Below are positions 61,701 to 64,000 of a stretch of DNA of 64,000 nucleotides, one piece after another. The notes beneath the pieces were generated by a model. It did no database searches and had not been told where the DNA came from. It was given only the letters and a program-made list of their open reading frames with translations. Numbering within the stretch: the first letter of the stretch is position 1; every line of letters starts with the position of its first letter. This DNA comes from Hyaloraphidium curvatum SAG 235-1 (lineage: Eukaryota > Fungi > Monoblepharomycota): contig JAIVFI010000043.1 in the NCBI GenBank assembly GCA_025558095.1, positions 186,001-250,000 on the forward strand, in the 5' to 3' direction. The position numbers and the translations under genes were made by a program.

Positions 61701-64000
61701 AGCAGCATTTTGCGGCCCTCGATGAAGTTCAGCGGCGCATCCTGTGCTTCTTGGTGGCGGAGAACAGGAAGTCCGGTTCCACTCGGTCAGCCGAGGTCTA
61801 CTTCTTGACCGACTGGATAGCTCGGCTGCTCGCCAATGCATCGTCGGAAGCCGACAGTCCAAGTCGCGTCACATCGGGACAGGTGGTGCGCAACATGTTT
61901 ACGGCCCTGCTCCAGAGGCTTTGCGAGCACGCGCGGTAAGCTGTGCCTTGCGCGACGCCGGTAGAGTTTGATTCGACCCTTGCACACTCAGGTCGACGGA
62001 AAAGATAATCCAAATGCGATCGAGCCGCGAAGTTGACAGGGAGCATGCCAGTGCGCTGATCGCTCTCTTCTCGCTGCATTCTTCCCGTTCGGTTTTCGAC
62101 ACCTATCTGATGAAGATCCTTCAAGCCCTTGATCAGACGTCGAACCAGCTGCGCGGAAAGGCTCTCCGAGCGCTGGGTGACATAGTAACCGTCGATCCCA
62201 GCGTGCTATCTCTCGCCTACGTCATCTCTGCCGTCGAGGAGCGCATTCTCGACCCTGGTCCCACGGTGCGCGATGCTTCCATTGAGCTGGTTCACAAGTA
62301 CGCATTTAAGTCCAAGGACTTGGGCCTCATCCGGCAGTACTTCAACGTCGTGGCCGAGCGGGCGGTCGACATGTCCACGATGGTACGCAAGAGGGCCCTG
62401 AGATTCCTGAAGGATGCGTACTTGGAGCTGCGGAAAGCTCAACCGGAGCTGGCCAGGGATGGCGAGAAATTGGAGCTTACGTGCACCATCTTCGTCTCGC
62501 GCGCCCTTTCGGACGAGGAAGGCACGGTCAAGGAGCTCGCTCTTGGCTCGGTCCAAGATTGCTGGCTGTGCCCGTTCTCGGATCCGAGTCTCGCGGCCAT
62601 TGTGCGGCAGGGCGAAGGGATGGCCTCCGGCTTTTCCTTGCAGGCAATACCTCCCGTTGGGCGCAAAGAACTCCTGGACCGGCTCAAGATCATCGTTGGC
62701 ACCACCCAGCGTCTGCAAGATAGGGATCTTGTCGGTGACGCCTTCACCCGCATGCTTGCAAAGGACAGGGCGCCGAAGATTCAGATGTGCCGTCTGTTGG
62801 TCAATGGCCTCGTTGAGGAAGCCTTGGCGGGATCTCAGGTTTGGGAGGAGCGCATCGGGCGGTGCAGCTTCACTGATTCCATTTGCGCAGGAGGCGCGCG
62901 CCGGCGTTCTTTCGACATTGCATCAGCTTGCCCGCGCGGAGCCCTCGCTCGCGGCACCGTTTCTGCCGGCACTTCAACCGTTCATCAAGCTGGACGCAAA
63001 GGTGAGGTTGCAAGCATGCTCAATGACAGATTCTCATTCCGCCACAACAGTTTACCGCGTCAGACGAGCAAGTAATGACTTTGGTTCTCGAGCTTTACCG
63101 GATCTCCATCGCATTCACCACCGACCGCGATCCACGCTTCGCGGAAAGTCTCGAGAAGGATCTCCAAACCTTGATGTCACAGGGCAACACCAATGTCGTC
63201 GGTGCTGCCGTGCCATCGTTCTGTGCGCTGCATACTTCGGTCACACGGGATTACACGAAGATTTCGCGGACCCTCGAGAAGGCTTACGGTATGGGTCTGC
63301 GCGAAGCCGTCCCGGACAGCTGTTGACTGTGGATGCTCAAGAAATTCTGTGGAAAGCCATGGAGCATCATCAGAAACACGGGAGCCTTCCACCGAACCCC
63401 AAAGCGCAAGCGGGGATATATCGGACGCTCTTGATCTCGGGTCTACTCATCAAGGAAGTTGACTTCGACCAGCTGCGGAAGGAGGATCCTAGTACGTGGT
63501 GCCGTCGCCGCGTTGCCTCAAAACTAATCTTTCTCAAGAACTGTCGGAGGCCTTGCCCAGTTTCGCCACGGTACGGCCGCGTCGCTCGCGCAAAGATATT
63601 GTGTGGTAACAGATTCCGGCCAGGGTTCCGTCAAAGACGCAATGTTCGAACGGTTCTTCTTCTTCTGCAACCTTTCGGACGATCAGTACGACAGCATTCG
63701 CGCCCGCGCCATTGAATCCATGGGACATCTCTTCAACGCTAGCCCGCAATTCATGTTACGGGACGATTCTCGAGCGCTGATGGACACTGTGTTTGGCACA
63801 GATGCACCCAAGCTGCAGCAGCAGCTGCTTGGGGTCTTCCGAGACCTTCTCGATTCGGAAGCGCGCAAGGCGCCGGCCACAGCTGGGGAGACTGCTGGCG
63901 GTTGTGAGTGCCCTGCTCGCCCTTCCCCCCGCTGGCTGACGCGCCCTTTCAGCTGCACCAAACGTCAACCGCGCTGTGCTGACGGGGAATGCCGAGGAAC
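58728..64000 (+). CDS. SCC2: Cohesin loader Scc2/NIPBL (continues beyond window)
   Basis: N-terminal LQRYPLPSIAP; LDVPEFPVA; LRGKALRALGDIVTVDPSVL..RILDPGPTVRDASIELV..ERAVDMSTMVRKRA HEAT region. Confidence 0.9.

Overview
Gene-dense, GC-rich eukaryotic DNA with many short (~50-60 nt) introns. It is most likely an early-diverging (chytrid/monoblepharid-like) fungus. This is inferred from the alpha-aminoadipate lysine genes LYS12 and LYS9 co-occurring with a Ral GTPase, a WD40-type ATG16 and a selenoprotein. About 26 protein genes flank a ~14.4-kb transposon island (~35.0-49.4 kb) that begins right after an intron-containing tRNA-Arg(TCT). Highlights missed by the ORF track: (1) a complete selenoprotein W gene (CGAU motif, in-frame TGA at 20925, type II SECIS at 21271-21336); (2) a Ty1/Copia element whose primer-binding site matches the anticodon arm of tRNA-Lys(CTT) (half-tRNA priming), with gag and pol separated by one in-frame TAA and an apparently unprocessed 3-nt LTR end; (3) five stacked, co-oriented copies of a LINE with (TATTC)n tails, including a twin-priming-type inversion and a duplicated tRNA 3' half; (4) a probable p2 subunit of the MTA1/AMT1 6mA methyltransferase complex; (5) an RFX protein that seems to lack its DNA-binding domain. 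All calls come from reading and recalled motifs; no searches were run.
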